A stretch of 64,000 nt of DNA from Ramazzottius varieornatus (Eukaryota; Animalia; Tardigrada). The notes under the pieces are model-generated. The model made no database searches and was not told the origin of the DNA. It worked only from the letters and a program-made list of their open reading frames with translations. Positions within the stretch are counted from its first letter, which is position 1; every line of letters begins with the position of its first letter. Positions 26,201-40,037 of this stretch are shown piece after piece. The translations under genes were made by a program, and so were the position numbers. The stretch covers positions 383,401-447,400 of the forward strand of contig BDGG01000007.1 in NCBI GenBank assembly GCA_001949185.1, written 5' to 3'.

Positions 26201-29200
26201 TTGCTATCCATTTAGCCTTGACCAGTCGTGCACATGCCCCCTAGATCACTTACACATTTCCTGGGTGGACTTACCGGCAAGTTCTGATTCGCGAACTCGA
26301 AGTGCCACGTTCTCGTTTTCCAACCGACGGTTGCGCGCAGCCAGGATAGACTCGAGACTCCCTCCGGTCAAGTCATCTGAATACTGTGCGGCCTTTAGTA
26401 AACTAGAACAATCCAAAGAGCAAACATTAGTCTCGGTCACTAAAAGTAAAACAGGGGAAAGAGGAAATTAGAGACTGCAGTTTTACCTAAGCTGTTGCTT
26501 CATTTCATCATAGTCGCGCTGGGCGTCCAGTTTGCGAAGCAGAAGAGTATTCTGGGCCGTCAGTCGCGAAAGTTGATCTTCCATTCGGTCAAACTGTAAG
26601 GGGTGGAAAGTGCAAAGTCAGAAATGTTAAGAAGGAAACGGGAAGGGTGGAAGACTGACCTGAACTTGGTAAGATCGCTTTAAGCGGTCAAGTTCGTCGC
26701 GGAGTCGTTGAACGGCATCTTGCTGATGCTGCGAAACCTACAAAAGCCCAGTGCGTAAGATGCGTAAGTAAAGGGTAATGGCCCCAAAGAGTTCGACCGG
26801 AGGAATAGGCTGATGGTTGACAAAGAAGGAAAAATGCGCGTGTGTCAGCCAAAAGCTGGTCAGTTTGCGGCCGCAGAAGCTAGCCAGACACAAAAACGTG
26901 CGCTGGCTCGCCCGATCAATGAAGTGAACGAACCTGTGCAGCGCGTTGTGGACCGTTCTCGCTGTTATTCGCCGACGGACTATTGTTTGAAGAATCCAGT
27001 GTCTTTTCGGCTTGCTTCGACAATGCTGTCACCTGCTGCTCCAACTCGGAAATTTTACATTCCGCCGTCGCCGCTCGCTAAAAAATCAGATACTGCCTTT
27101 AGGGATTTGAACTTTGTATTACAGAGCTTCACAGGACACTTGCTCAAAAAGTTGACAATGGACGTTTTCAAGGTTGAAGACTTTTTTGAAATTTTGCGCA
27201 ATTCTACTGCTGAAAAACGGGTTGAATTTTCGAGTTTACCGACACCCAAACGTCGTTACGATTTTACCACATGTTAGTACTGACACCATCGCAGACTCGA
27301 CTTTTCACCCAGTGTCTATCAGTTTTCTACTGTACGTCAAATTCCGCGCAATTCAGAAAACAGTTTGCGACCACAGACTACAATACTGTATGGGGAAACA
27401 CCAGACTTACTTCGGTGGCGCGTTCGAGGTCTTCCGTCATCAGCGCGATCTTCTCATCTTCGGACTGAGTATTGGCAATGGACCTGGCCCTCGACGCTTC
27501 CGCATGCGATCTATCCAGTTCCCTTCTCAGGATGCCAACCTGGTCTTCGGCATCGGCAACCCTTCGTTCCATGGCGGCCTTCTCACTGTTCCACTCAGCT
27601 TGCGCTTCGGCAAACTGTCCTGTCAGTTGATCACTGGCCAGTTTCAGGCGTTCCAACACCTCGGCCTCCACTCTGGCCTCGAAATCCTCACGAGCCGCTT
27701 TGGCTTCTATTCGATCAGTACAAACATTACCGGCTAATTTATTCAGTTGAAAGAAAGTGAGAGATCTTGAAAGAACCTTGAGTCTTGTTTGCCAGCTGTT
27801 GAGCCTCGTATTCTTCCACCGCCGCCCGCAACTGCTTGTTCTCCGCTAGTTGCTCCTCCAAATGGTCGAGCTGCTCAATGATGCTGCTCGGATCTACCAA
27901 CACAAACGACAAAACCTTCCTTTAGCATCAAAGACTTTGGGTAAGCAAAGAAACAGCGAGCTTAGATCCAATGGAAAAGTACACAGCAATCAAGGCCGTA
28001 CAGTGCATAGAAAGAATAAAGTCCGCCATGAACACTAAACCAGTTCCATTTCTCTCAGATGGGTTTTTTGAATCCTCTTTGCTTACTCGCACTCTCTTTC
28101 TCTTTCACTCTCTCGATCGCGTACTCGCACTTAATTTCTTTCTACATCCTCAACAAGAACAAATACGCAAACGGTATCCGCCTTTCATCTTCTCACCCAC
28201 TTAGGTTAGTCCGCCGTCATTAGCATATCCGACTCACAAAGTCACCGTTACAGATTTCCAACAAGGAAACGAATCAATCTCGACCCAATCAATTCAGCAC
28301 TTCGAAAAGTTAGCCAACGCCCGACTTCGAAGGCCGGCAATCAAAACGCATAAGATCGATACCTCAAGCAGCGCACATGTTCATCGTTACTAACTGGAAG
28401 CGTGCGCCACTTATTTTCGTGAGTTCAAGTGGCGCACATTGTCCTTACCACCAGCTGGTAGCTTGCGCGGCTTGGACAGCTTTGGGTTTGCCGGCTGCCC
28501 AAATATGAAAACGAAGGAAGAACTTGTATGGCGGACTTGTTCTTCGGGTATTCGGCCGAACTTTGTTCGATCAGACTTCCAATCAGTCAGATGCAAAAGG
28601 TAGAAGCGAGTAAGGTAAACAAAGATGTGGAACTTCACTTTTAAAAGTTGGGAAACCTGATTCGATTATTGTGCACTTTACATTTCTGCTGCAGGTCGAT
28701 GATCGAAGAAGAGGAACGGATCGAAGAAGTGATTTTTGATAGGGGCAGACTATATGTGTTTCGAAATGTGGAGCAGCCAGTGAATGACATACCTGGTAGA
28801 TCGGCAAACGTTCTGTACACATGAAGGAAGGCTGTCTCGGCACCTTTGCAGCGTTTCAGTAGACTGTCAACTTCCGTCTGGAAGCTCTTGAGGACGGGTT
28901 GGACCTGCCTTCTCACTTCCTGCAACCACCGAGGGAAATTAGAACGTTAAGTGACTGACCTCGGAACATGTTCTCATGTGTACACTTTGATCTGGTTGCA
29001 CTCTGTATTTTTCCACTGGCGATTGATGGATAGGCGACTCTCATTCAAGGCTATCTTCAAAAGCTTCTGTTTACACAAAATATACATCGGTGAATTATTC
29101 AAAGCTCAGATGTCTCTCTCTGACTACGATCGCGAGGTTCAATGCAAGAGTACTGCCACATGTCACTTTATCCTCGATCAGATCTGATCCAGTTCAAAAC

Positions 29201-32200
29201 ACCACGCGGAAGAAGTTGAACTTCTTACTCGAAAATACGGAAGAATCCGTAAAAGTCTCACTCAGCCAAGGCCAACCACAAGGTTCTCCAATCAATCGAC
29301 TGATAAAAAATTATGCTTGACCAACTCCCTACTGTTCGGGCCGTGCCCAGACCTGATTTTCCGTTTTTGGGAGGCCGGCAAACGAAACGAAATAGATAAT
29401 TGTCCGAACGGCGCACGGTTCCAGCCATTTAAATGACAAAGTGCGCCACTTGGGAAAACAATGTTGTACGATTTGTTTGGCGACCTGTCATCTTAGGGAA
29501 CTGAGGAGCACGTACAGTTGGATCACGTAAAAGTCTGATTCCAGTTTTCAAAACGTTGAGGTGGATTCCAAATTAGGTGCTAGTTCGGACTTACTTCGGG
29601 GGCTGTTTGGCGAAAGTCGCGGGAGAGTTCGACAAGTTTCCTCCTTCCCAGGTCGCTTTCTTCTTGCTTGACAGCGATGTCGGCCGCAGCGGCGTCCAAC
29701 TCGTTCTATGTGGGAAGAGAAAAGTCAAAAGTTTCGAGTCAATGACAAGAGCCTACGGAAAAAAGCGCGACATGAGACGGTCGAAGCTTTGGAGAGCCAG
29801 CATGCAGTAGTGCAACTTGATCGGAACCAGTCAAGGTGGCTAAGCAGCTCAGTCGGAAAAAAAGCGAGTAAGAATGAAGTGTACGAATGAAGCCATGTCC
29901 AAGGACATTCGGAGAATATCAAAAGCCCTCTTAAGCATATTTGTTTGTATTGTCCTCACTGGTCGCCGCGACAGTACCGGTACAGGTACGAGCAACTCGT
30001 TTAGCCAGTGAAGTTTAAAACCAATCTAGATCAGCCAGCAGCAAAGCCCTCCGTCAACGCCCATCACAAACCCTCCGTACGGTACGTAAAGCCGATCTCG
30101 GATGATGGTGAAAAACACGCGGAACTTGTATCGCTGTCGGAGAAGCAAGCCGAGGCCGAGAACCACCATCACTCTTCAACGCAAGAACCGCGAAGAGCGC
30201 TCTTTCCGTTGATTGCGTAGGCCCTTTTTGATTGACTTCTTCCTGAAGGCCGAAGGTGAAACTGCTTGCTTCCCTTTCCCAAACCCGCCACTCTTACCGT
30301 TCTTTCTTGATCGTCTTGGGCATTTTTGTCAGTACTTGATTTACAGGGTTCTCCCTCGACGGGGAGTACCGTAAAGCACACCAAAATTGATTGGTGGCGG
30401 TGGTGGCAACAGAAGGAGGAAGGTGTCCCGGATGGCTTCGCTCTACTTTGTCCTTTCTTCGCTTGGTTTCTCCTGAAAGAAAGTTGCGCGACACATTTTT
30501 TTTCTAATGAGTCTTGGGGTATTTGAATGAGGTGGTATGCAGGTGTTCTGTGTCTCATGAAGTGAGTGTGGTTATGCGTCAGCGTAATGCCAAGTTTATT
30601 CACTGGGTCGGAAACGAGTGCGCGTCATGATGGAGGGAATGACTCGATCGAAGGGCGAATATGCGGGTGCATCGCTCAGCTGCCTTCGATTTGGGCCATG
30701 CAAAGCAAACGCAGGCCCGGTTATCGAACTTGCTTGCATGCAAAGCGCGGCATGTGTTTTGAAGAAGGGATCTTCTCAGCTGAGAAACTTCCCAAACAGG
30801 TTAGGAATCACTTGCATGATTGCCCATCGATTTTTTCCCCGACTCATCCGAACGCAACCGAGCGTTGATCGCCGATTGTAACTCAATTCAGCTCTCCTAT
30901 GCACCCTAGATTTCTAATCCGTTCTCAGTTCGGAAGGGAAGACTGAATAACAAGCTGCCTTCCAGCCATTTTTTCCTCCAGGTGCTAACGTACTTTATCT
31001 TCGTACAATCCGACCGGATAACAACTTCGCCAGAGAAACAGCAGTCGGTACTGTAAGCTCGCTGCTGAACTAATCACCGGGTTGCCTGACACATCATGCA
31101 CCACAATACAAGCCATCCCGCCGAAATACCCACCGGACAGTACGCAGGTTCGCAAGTAAGCGCTGCGCACAGGCGTGGTGGTGCCTAACAGTAACTCGGT
31201 ACTCGACTCTTCGGAAACTTCAACCTCTGAGAAAAGTGAAAACCGAGTTAATTGACCACTTGTCATTTCGAGATTTCCGTCTTCTTGACACTAATTCCAA
31301 CCTGTCAGCTTTGAGGGACTGAAGCTGAACTGAACAACATGAAGCTGTTTCTACAGTAGTTCCATTATAATTATGGAGGAGAAAGAAGCGATAGAAAAGT
31401 GGGCGGTACATACCGTGGGTTCTTCGCAGGTTCCTTGATTAGGAGGGAAGAAGGATAGGGGGAATCAAAAGCTAATGCTAGCGATGGGAAAGATCCAGAA
31501 GGAAGTGTTGGTAGACGAGAACTGATCGAAGCTAGGGCAGAAGGAAGTAAAAAGTGCGTTGTGCAAGGATCGGAATGACAAGTAGGTTTGGCTAGTGCAA
31601 GCTCAAGCAGGCCATATGTACGGCTTCGATGTCGAGAAACGTCGAACGAGATATCCAGTTACAACTCAGCATTCATCCCGATTCCTACTTCAGCCTCTTC
31701 CTTCTCCCTCTTCATTCGATCGGGAAGGCACGGATGTGGCTTCGAGTAAAAGAAGGGAAGGAAGAAAGAAAGAAGGCCGTGTAAAGTATCAGTGTGCACG
31801 AGTGAGTCTGTGGTCGTGGCAAGGAAGAAGAAGGGGAAGAATCCAAGAGTTATCGATCGGGAAGCTGGCGGAATGTTCTCTCCTAACTGGATCGCGATCA
31901 CAGCTTGTGACTCAGGCTCGCGGTAATCTCCACTCGCGTTGAATTTTGTGCAGACTGTTCCCTGCTGCCCGCAATCATTCTCCCTCCTTTTGGCTTCTTC
32001 CTCCTCCTGTCAAATATTCACGCTCTTCGTTCCCGATCACCGTTTGACATCTGCGTATTTTAGTCATCTGCCTCGACGCTCGTTAGGCTCCTTGTACCAG
32101 GCGAAAGTTGTGGATGAAAAGCTGCATCTATCACAGTAACTGTGAAAAACTAAACCTAAAGCGCTACAGTGTGAGAACCATTACGCAACTTCCTTGTTCG

Positions 32201-33235
32201 ACTATAGGGTTTCACGAACCGTCTTTCCTTTCTCCTTGTCTAATTTTGCACTCCTCTTCGCCTTCTGGCTCTTTCCCAAGCCACAGAATCCTTCAACTCT
32301 ACAAAGAACTTCAAGTTAGTACGAAGAACCGGAGACAAGTCTAACGAGAACCTTTCTCGCCTTCACGTGGCCGGTGTTGGAACATGCAAAGTACTGCACG
32401 AAGAACCTATGTAACATGAAGAAGTTACCTATGAACCTCTGTTGTCTCCAGATTTAAAATTAGTGTACGGGCTCGACGACGAAATGCATGGAAAAGTTAT
32501 TAAAACTAAGATTTCTTTGAGTTGTGTAATTGACTTGGCAGATTGTCATTGCCGCCCAATATGGCCAGCAGAAGGCATGCGGGATAGCATCCCGGAATGA
32601 GTTCTATAAAACTATCCTGCTGGAAGGCAGGAGGGGAAATCGATAATTCTCATTTGGGAGAACGTTCTGGTAAACAGGTCACGGAAGGTGGTATACAGGG
32701 ACACGAACAAGCAAGAGAGGGAGAATTCGAGGCCGGAACTTGTCGTGATCGAGCATTGATTTTATCTTCTGTAAAGTTGAAAGTTACAAGAATCCCAGGC
32801 GGTGGGAATCAACAGGATTCCCTCTCCACTGAATCGAAGAGTAATTTTCTGACACCATTTCCTTGTGTCAACTGGACTTATCGAGCCTTTGACTGATACA
32901 AGTCAATCAAGCGAACAAGCAGAGCTACCGCTGTGTCGTCACTGCGGGAGTTACGGTCTGTTGCACTGCTACGAATACCTTCGTAACGTCATAGCAACAT
33001 ATCTCATAATCTAGATAACATTGTCACCCAATCCACAATCAAGCTACCACCAATTCAGATCGAATCAAGTTATATACAGAGCTACAGAGTTATGGATTTG
33101 GTTCGTAAAATATTCCAGCCACGTTTCGGCTTTGCAGACCGTCTCAAGAAACACAGGATTGTCAGACCTTCTTACCTGCAGGGTTCGGAAGTCGAGTTTT
33201 CGCCATCGTTCGACTGCAGCAGACGAGGAAGCCAT
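20277..33235 (-). CDS. CUX1: CASP (Cux alternatively spliced Golgi coiled-coil protein) isoform of the Cux/CASP locus
   Basis: Exon 1 MASSSAAVERWRKLDFRTLQ (33235-33176), then NELDAAAADIA..RRKLVELSRDF, VLKSFQTEVDSLLKRCKGAETAFL and coiled-coil exons. CASP-specific 3' exons from 21776 include DNVRLYERIRYLQ, RYSSAYEAKLDPFSSF and the TM RKAFFIYALLLHLLVF with the conserved Y and H. Confidence 0.92.
22582..25905 (-). CDS. CUX1: Cux (cut)-specific alternative 3' exons with three CUT domains and no recognisable homeodomain
   Basis: CUT1 LYTREVAAQVNRVL..DPRDWTTLNAAGRDKYRKLKMW. CUT2 [46 protein letters not shown]. CUT3 LDTVAVAGKIKEEL..LDVGQG|TVSELLNKPKPY. The phase-1 acceptor at 25906 is compatible with the shared donor near 26274. 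Confidence 0.88.
25009..25136. mobile_element. intronic MITE family with cccaagtggcgcac ends (related copies near 14800, 23120-23165, 28400-28440, 29410-29460)
   Basis: cccaagtggcgcaca...tgtgccacttggg inverted ends; the motif recurs in several introns. Confidence 0.65.
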
Positions 33236-33896
33236 TGTGGTCTTCACCGGAAGTGAGTTGATGTTGTTCTCCGATCGAGTTCAAGGCAGTTCCATGTCGC
33301 GAAGTGTTTGCAGAAGGAGACAGTAGAACATTCGAAAGTGGACGTGGCGCGGTTGACAGCGTTATTCAGAGCGGCGTCGTCGACTTTCCCAGATGGATGG
33401 AAACGTCGTCGTTGAAGAGAGCTGCAAATGCAAACGACCTTCGCGTCAGCAAACAGATCAAGACCGGTGCTGCTTTGAATAACACCACTACTTTCTACGC
33501 AGATTGAATTGAAGAACAAACTGCACTTCTCCGCTCTCTACAATTCAAGGCCAAACTCGCCATCACGACGATCGGAAACGATCTTCAGTGCGGTAACTTT
33601 TTTTACTCGCGATCGACATTGCAAACGGAAACACTGCGAAACTGGATTTTCAAGTTTGTTTGTATTCAAATCGAACTGAAGTGTAACCGAATTCGAGGAA
33701 AACCGCAGCGCACCGAAACCGTATCTCGAAGCCATCACCGTTAAGGCCGTGCTCAGGACCCTGCAGTCACTGTGAAGTGTGAAACTAATTTGATTTGGTC
33801 GATAAAAACTGCAAAATTCATCGGAAACGTATGTATTTCCATCAAAATTTCTGAAGTATCGAAATATATTAAAAAAATCTCTATCGACTCGAGAAG

Positions 33897-34724
33897 TTAT
33901 TCGGGAGCAAGCTTTTCCAGCGCTTTCGCCACGTCCCATCCAGACCAGGAAAGGGTATCTCGCACGTCCGATTCATTGAATCCCATAGCGACCATTTGAG
34001 CAACTTTCTCCTTCATCTCGGGGACCTCTGAAGGAGCGTCGGCATAGGTTGTGGCCCAGTACTTGGCGGTACTATCAAATAGAGATCGATTTGTCTTGAA
34101 CTGGCTGGCCACAACGGCATCTTGAGGATCGTCAGCAACCTGCAAACACATAACACGTGCAGTACGAGTGACGTGCAGCACGCTGGTGTGTCATGCAAAT
34201 AGTGCATGCATTGCACCACAGAAACACGAGCGCGCAGTGTTAAGTGAAGCGCGCATTATTAAGTGATGCGCGCACGTGCGTTACTACGTTAACATGAACA
34301 ACGCAATGGAAAACGGAAATTTTAGCGTTCTTCCTGAACAAAAATTTTCCCTACTTACTGGCGATCCTAACAACGCCTGGATTGAAATCATCACAGTTCT
34401 CAGCGTCATGGCGGCAGCCCAATTCGTTCGTAAAATGTCCAGGCAAATGGCTCCGGTTACGGAGGAAACGTTAGGATGCCATACTTTGGTCGCAAATTTA
34501 ACCTCAGGTGGCTTGAAGGGATATTCTGGAGGAATCTTGATGTCCAGCACGTAGGTGCCTCCCTCGTACGGCGAAGAAGGTGGGCCTTTTATCACACCGG
34601 TCAAATGATCCAGCCTTCCATCCTTGGCTTCCAGACTGACGATTCCTTTCTCAGCGTCTGATGCCTTTGCCACTTCTGCCAGCTCGCGCTGTATCCTATT
34701 GAAAGCCATGTTTGGTGCCGACAT
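33897..34724 (-). CDS. UBE2K: ubiquitin-conjugating enzyme E2 K (Ubc1/HIP2) with C-terminal UBA; exons 34724-34359 and 34139-33897
   Basis: RIQRELAE, PYEGG, YPFKPP, WHPNVSSVTGAICLDIL (catalytic C), DDPQDAVVA, UBA-like VAMGF. Confidence 0.95.
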
Positions 34725-35168
34725 TCTGACGTGGTTAACAGATCCCCCAGCTTCAATGAATTATTTTGATGAACGGTTATCCTCGCATGGTTGAAAAGTA
34801 GCGCAGCAGTGATGCCAGTGAAGAACGAAACCTGGAAAATGAAATAGGTTATTTTACTCCAAAAATAATTTGAACGAGACCGCACTGTAATTTTAATGAA
34901 CAAGTAACTTTAACCACACAAGTAATTTTAATCAATCGCCACACAGGTCACCACAGCAAAGGTCAGTGCATCCCGTACCGTAAGGGTTCGCCCCGGTGGG
35001 TCGAGAATTCCCAAAAAACCTGGCGAAATTTTGCGCTTGACCGACAGAAATCACTACATTTTCGATTTTGCTGCTTGGAAATTCTGCACCTTCCCTTTGT
35101 GACTTTGTTTTCGTTTGTGGATTTCGTTCTCCTCTCCATAGATATCCGTTCTTCTGTAGTATTTAGGA

Positions 35169-36459
35169 ATGGCTAGCTTTGTATCTGCAAGGATGGCACT
35201 CCGAGGAGCATCGTTCGTCGCTCGGACATTCATAGCACGACCGGAAGGTGGCCTGCTGAAGTCAGTCGGTGGATTCGCCGGCCGTAGCCACTTTTCCGGA
35301 GTTTCCTGTCTCTTTGGACGCTATGCTGGATCTCTCCTGAAGGAAATAACATCTAAGAGTACCTGCTTTGCCACGCAGAGGCGGATGGTCCAGACAAAGA
35401 GTATGGACTTAATTTCTGTTTGGGGTATTTTACCAGAATCAGTTTCGTTTTTTACCTGTGTGTTTTATTCCTATTTAGGTGACACAGAAATGAGCGACTT
35501 CTTGAAAGAAGAAATTCAAGCCGAGAAAGAGTCGCTGAAAGCCACAGGCAAAGCTGTTCTTGTGAAAGGCTTTGATGTCGAAACCAACGAGGCCGAAGTG
35601 ATCCTTAGGAGAAATTTCGAGAATGAAAAGATCAAGATTTTGGTAAACGTTAACCATGCCGTTGATGCTGAGGCCGAAGCAGATCCCGAGGCTCCTCCTG
35701 GACCGGAAGGTGGTCCACAAGGAATGACCAAGGTGAGATAGGAAGAAGCTTCACCATGGGAAAGTTCTGTCGGATGAAATTACCACTCGCAGTTTTATTA
35801 CTGACGCAATCGCCCTTGCGAAGGGTAGGCTCTTGACCTTGACGGTGTATCGGGGTTGGCAGCACGGCCTTGACATGAAGTTACTAGTCTGTGGTAGCGG
35901 TGTACCGGAAGTGAACGGGTCTTGTTTCTTTCCAGATGGTTTGTAAACCTAACTTCAGCGTGGAAGTTCAGAAGGGAGACTATAGACTAACCTTCAACTG
36001 CGCCATTGCTCGAGGCGACGATATGGAGGAGGAAATGATGCAAGGACAGGAAGGAGAGCAATATCGTAAGCTTACTGAATTTCTTCATATCGTAAGGATT
36101 TCTGTGTTTCGAGGCTCACTCAAGTATTTCTTGTGTATTTTCTAGAAGACCTGTTCAACATCGAAGAGTTTGCCATTCACAAAGGCGATACCATGAAGGA
36201 CAGCGTCTACGTGATGTCGGGAGAAGTCATGGACGGCGTAATCGTTCCATTTTGCAATACTGTTGAGATTTGCCGTTGAAAGTGACACCTGTCTCATCTT
36301 GTTTTACAGAGCTTCTACGATAACCTGATGAACATGCTCGATGAACGAGGCATCAACTCGGAGTTCGTTCAGCAACTGACGGACTTCTGCACGCTGTACG
36401 AGCAGAAGCTGTACGTAAACCTGCTGGAGCACCTCCAGGACATCGTGAAGTCCAAGTAA
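35169..36459 (+). CDS. C1QBP: mitochondrial p32/C1QBP (MAM33 family), 5 exons
   Basis: Mitochondrial presequence, then DTEMSDFLKEEIQAEK, GFDVETNEAEVIL, CKPNFSVEV, MDG|ELYDNLMNMLDERGINSEFVQQLTDFCTLYEQKLYV. Confidence 0.92.
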
Positions 36460-36745
36460 ACGTTCGCTTCTTGAGCTTCATTTTCCTACATTCTTAACTG
36501 TCAACTTTACGGATCTAATCGCTTGGCTGTTTCTCCGGAGGATTGTTTCGAGTTATGTCGCTTGTTAGCTTTATATCTCGCGTCCTGTTTCTGTCAAAAT
36601 ATATTGTTGGCTTTTGCACAGTCAGCAAGCCGCTTAAGAATCTGACCTTCCTGCTAGCGGTTTCTTAACAACAATTTGGCGGTCGCGCAAGGTCGCGCGG
36701 CTTTGGGTAAGGCCAGGAGATATCAGCAGTGAGGCGGAAGTGATC

Positions 36746-38596
36746 ATGGCGGACTTCGTGTCTATTGATAGCTCGGCCGAGCGACGAAGAAAATCTGAAC
36801 GTTTATTTCGGCAACGTTTGGCTCGGAAAGTTCGTCGTTTCAGAGAATGGCGGGTAACGCAGGACCTGTTCCAGCGTCACCGGATGGAATCAGTGGGTAC
36901 AACGTTGTAAAAAGATGGCCAAACTTGATCCATATCGATCTTCTGAAAAGCGCGCTATGTCAGGCTTCCGAACAAGATCTGCGACTCCGCGTACAAGAAT
37001 TACAAGAACGGTAAGACCCACGTCTCTGAAGCGTAGAAATCAAAACTAAACGGCAGGGCGGAAAACGAAACGTACAAGATCGCTGTCGCAGGTGGCGCAT
37101 GTTTCCATTGTTATTGGCTAGAAGCGCGCGCTGCTCGAAGCAACAATATTGTGCACTTCGTTTGCCGGGCTCCCCAACTAGGAATGTTCTGACAGCTTGA
37201 TCCCACTTTGCCTGCCATGGAAGTGACTTCGCTTCATGTTCTTCCTGGTTGCAGGTATGTTCGACTCAACTGCACCATCCGAGCTGGCAAACAAGTTCGA
37301 GACGAACTAACCAGGAAGTACGCAGACCAGCAACTCCTGATCGATGATCTGGAAGAAAAGACCAAGCATGTCGACACAACCTGTACGGAAATGAAGTACA
37401 AAGTGGAAGAGAACAAGAAGATGGCCTGTCAGTATGACTGTGAAGTGAACCTCCTACAAAACCAGCCACGACCGAAACTACCACCCAAAGTCACAGAAGA
37501 CTTAGCCATCAAAGCAGACCTCGAGAAGCTCACTGACCAGATGTTCGAAGTCTACGGAGCGTTATTGACGTTACGAGCTGGAGAAGTTGTCCTCTTCGAA
37601 GATATGAAGCGCATGCTGGATAAACAGTCTGCTATCACACGTCACATCAAGAACAACGTCAAGGAGGCCAGGAGGAAGCTGCGCGACTACGAGCAGTCTG
37701 TTTTCGACTTTGGTGCAGAACAGAAAAAGTGGAAGAGCACGTTGAAAGCAGGGAAACTCAACATCTGTCGGAGAGCCAGACATCAACATAATGGTTTAAA
37801 GGAAGAAGCAGCCAAGTTGAAACGAACTATCGAATTGTTCAACGAGGAGAAGAGCAGGTTGATCCAGGCGGCGAAGGACTTCGAATGTGCACTGGGAACT
37901 AGCCTGGGCGAGGCGGACCTGGCGGAGCTGATGGAGCACTTCGAGCCCTTCTTGCAGGTTTCGAGACTTTATGGACCTTCCGTTGAGCCAGCCGCATTGC
38001 AATTCGCGGGAGACCATGGCGGAATACGGAGCATGTTCAAGCGACCTCATGTAAGCGTACCTTCGAACCTTCGTACTGTCGTCTCATGGTTTACCGACTG
38101 ACCGCAACATGACGCATTGTAACAAAACTCCGAACCGTGTTGTAGCGTAACGGCCATCAGCGTATCATAGTCAAGTGGGACTTCCGGCGGTCATTACAGT
38201 GACACCATCAACCAAACAACACTCATTCTTTCTTTTCAGATGGGTATAGGTAATCTGTCAGGTGGGAGGAAGGCAACCACGCCCCTATCCCTCCCGGAAC
38301 TGCAGGATGCGGACAGAGTGTCGCTCCTCCAGAAGATGTACTTGGACAGTATAGCCACTAAGGTGAAGATGGAAGGAAACCTCTTACGAACCGAGTTCGA
38401 CATCAATCTGCTCGAGACTTCCCTGACCGCTGAAAGTTACTATGACAATAAGAGATCGGATCAGGATAATCAGAAGATGGTGCGAGGAATGGTCTGTGGC
38501 ATGACCAGCGAAGAACTTTTGGGCCACAAAGACGACGAGCTAGCGGAATATTTCGACCCGGAAGTGAAGTTTCCTGGAAAGATTAAATGTAATTAG
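36746..38596 (+). CDS. long coiled-coil protein (possibly ODAD1/CCDC63-like), multi-exon
   Basis: Exons 36746-36853, 36964-37010, 37255-38050 and 38240-38596 splice in frame and are heptad-rich. Family assignment is weak (GEADLAELMEHF). Confidence 0.6.
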
Positions 38597-38702
38597 GCTT
38601 CGGACTCCCTGTTGTTGGTATTAATAGCTGTTTGTTCCACTCGAAGAGCTGTATAAACGGTCGATCGAAAAGAACTGAAATCCGATAAAAACTCTGTGAA
38701 AT

Positions 38703-40037
38703 TCAGGCTCTGGCCAAAAGCTGGAAAAATATCTGCATACTATCAAGATAAAACTCTGGAACTAAACCACGATCAGCAGGATTACTGCTTTTCGAAACCA
38801 GCTCTATGTCAGTGACAGAATTGACACCGGTAGTGGTTACGAGTATACCTTTCATACCGCAACGATGAGCCAACAGCATGTCTGTATTCATCCTATCACC
38901 GGTAAACACCGACCGCGATGGCATCAAGCCGTATTCTTTCCTTAAATAATCTATCATCAAAGTCTCAGGCTTCCCTATGACGATAGGTTCTCGTCCCGAG
39001 GCTAGCTGTACTGGAGCTACAATACAGCCAGTTCCGGGAACTGTGATGTTTCGGGACAGCGAAGGAAAGGACTGGTCTGTGTTCGTGGCTATGAAAGGCA
39101 CGTTTGGGTCCTTCAGGTACGAAGCTGCTTTCAGGATCTTTACGTAACTAATGTGAGGATCGTATCCAACCACTACCGCTTTGATGTTAGTGTCGAGGAT
39201 GACGGAATCGGCGAGGAAACCTTCCATTACCGGATCTGGCTAGAAAACAAAAACCCTGTTTGTTCGATGGTGAGCCACGCGGTCGAAAACTGTCTCGCAC
39301 AAGCTATACGGAGCGGCCTGCCAAATAAAAACTTTCTGGTTTTTCGAATTTGATACCCCAACGCCAGTGCAGGTTATTCCAACAGCCGTGAGTTCTCTCT
39401 CCAACGCTGGATTTCCAACGAGGTAAATTTTAGGTCTGGACTCTGCGTTCAGGTTAGCGGAAGATTGAAGGAGGTCGGACAGGAAGAGCGCAGCGGAATG
39501 TGCCGTGCAGACGATGTCTTTCTGCGAAGGGAAAAGCACCCATGGATAAATACTCAACCAATTCTTCCCGTTGAAGGAAGCATCCACAGTAAAGACGAAA
39601 AGAGCCCTCAAAGACGGAGAGAGAGATTATGGCCCACAAAGACGGACTTCTTCGGCAGGTAGGCCTAGCTTCTGGCATTTCGCAGCATATTGTGCGCGTG
39701 TGGAAGTGCTGTTATTCGTCACGTAGTAGACTTTCTTCCCCTGCAAAACAGTATTATTTGACAAGTCTTCACGCGCCTAACTGTATGGCAATTGTTTCAC
39801 TTAAGTTACCTTTGATTTCAGCAGAGCGAGGGATTCAGCGGCGCCAGGAAGGAGGTGATTGCCGTGCCAGAGGACACCTGGAAGAACAAAATTAATATTC
39901 AGAGAGTCGGCGAGTGGCAGTCAGCACGTAGGGAGATAATCTCCACTGGTCTGGAGCTTACCGTCACAATCGAAGAGAAAGTTATCGTTTTCATCCAGCA
40001 AGGTGCGGAAGTTGTCGTTGTCTAGTTGCGTCGACAT
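38703..40037 (-). CDS. PGP: HAD IIA phosphoglycolate/glycerol-3-phosphate phosphatase
   Basis: NFLFDCDG motif I in exon 1, IVCTAHSAALFL, AVVVGYD, FIATNTD, PGTG, GKP, GDRMNTDM. Confidence 0.9.

Noticed and set aside
26813-27277. 154-aa + strand ORF in a Cux/CASP intron
   Set aside because: No recognisable domain or splice support, so I cannot support a nested gene.
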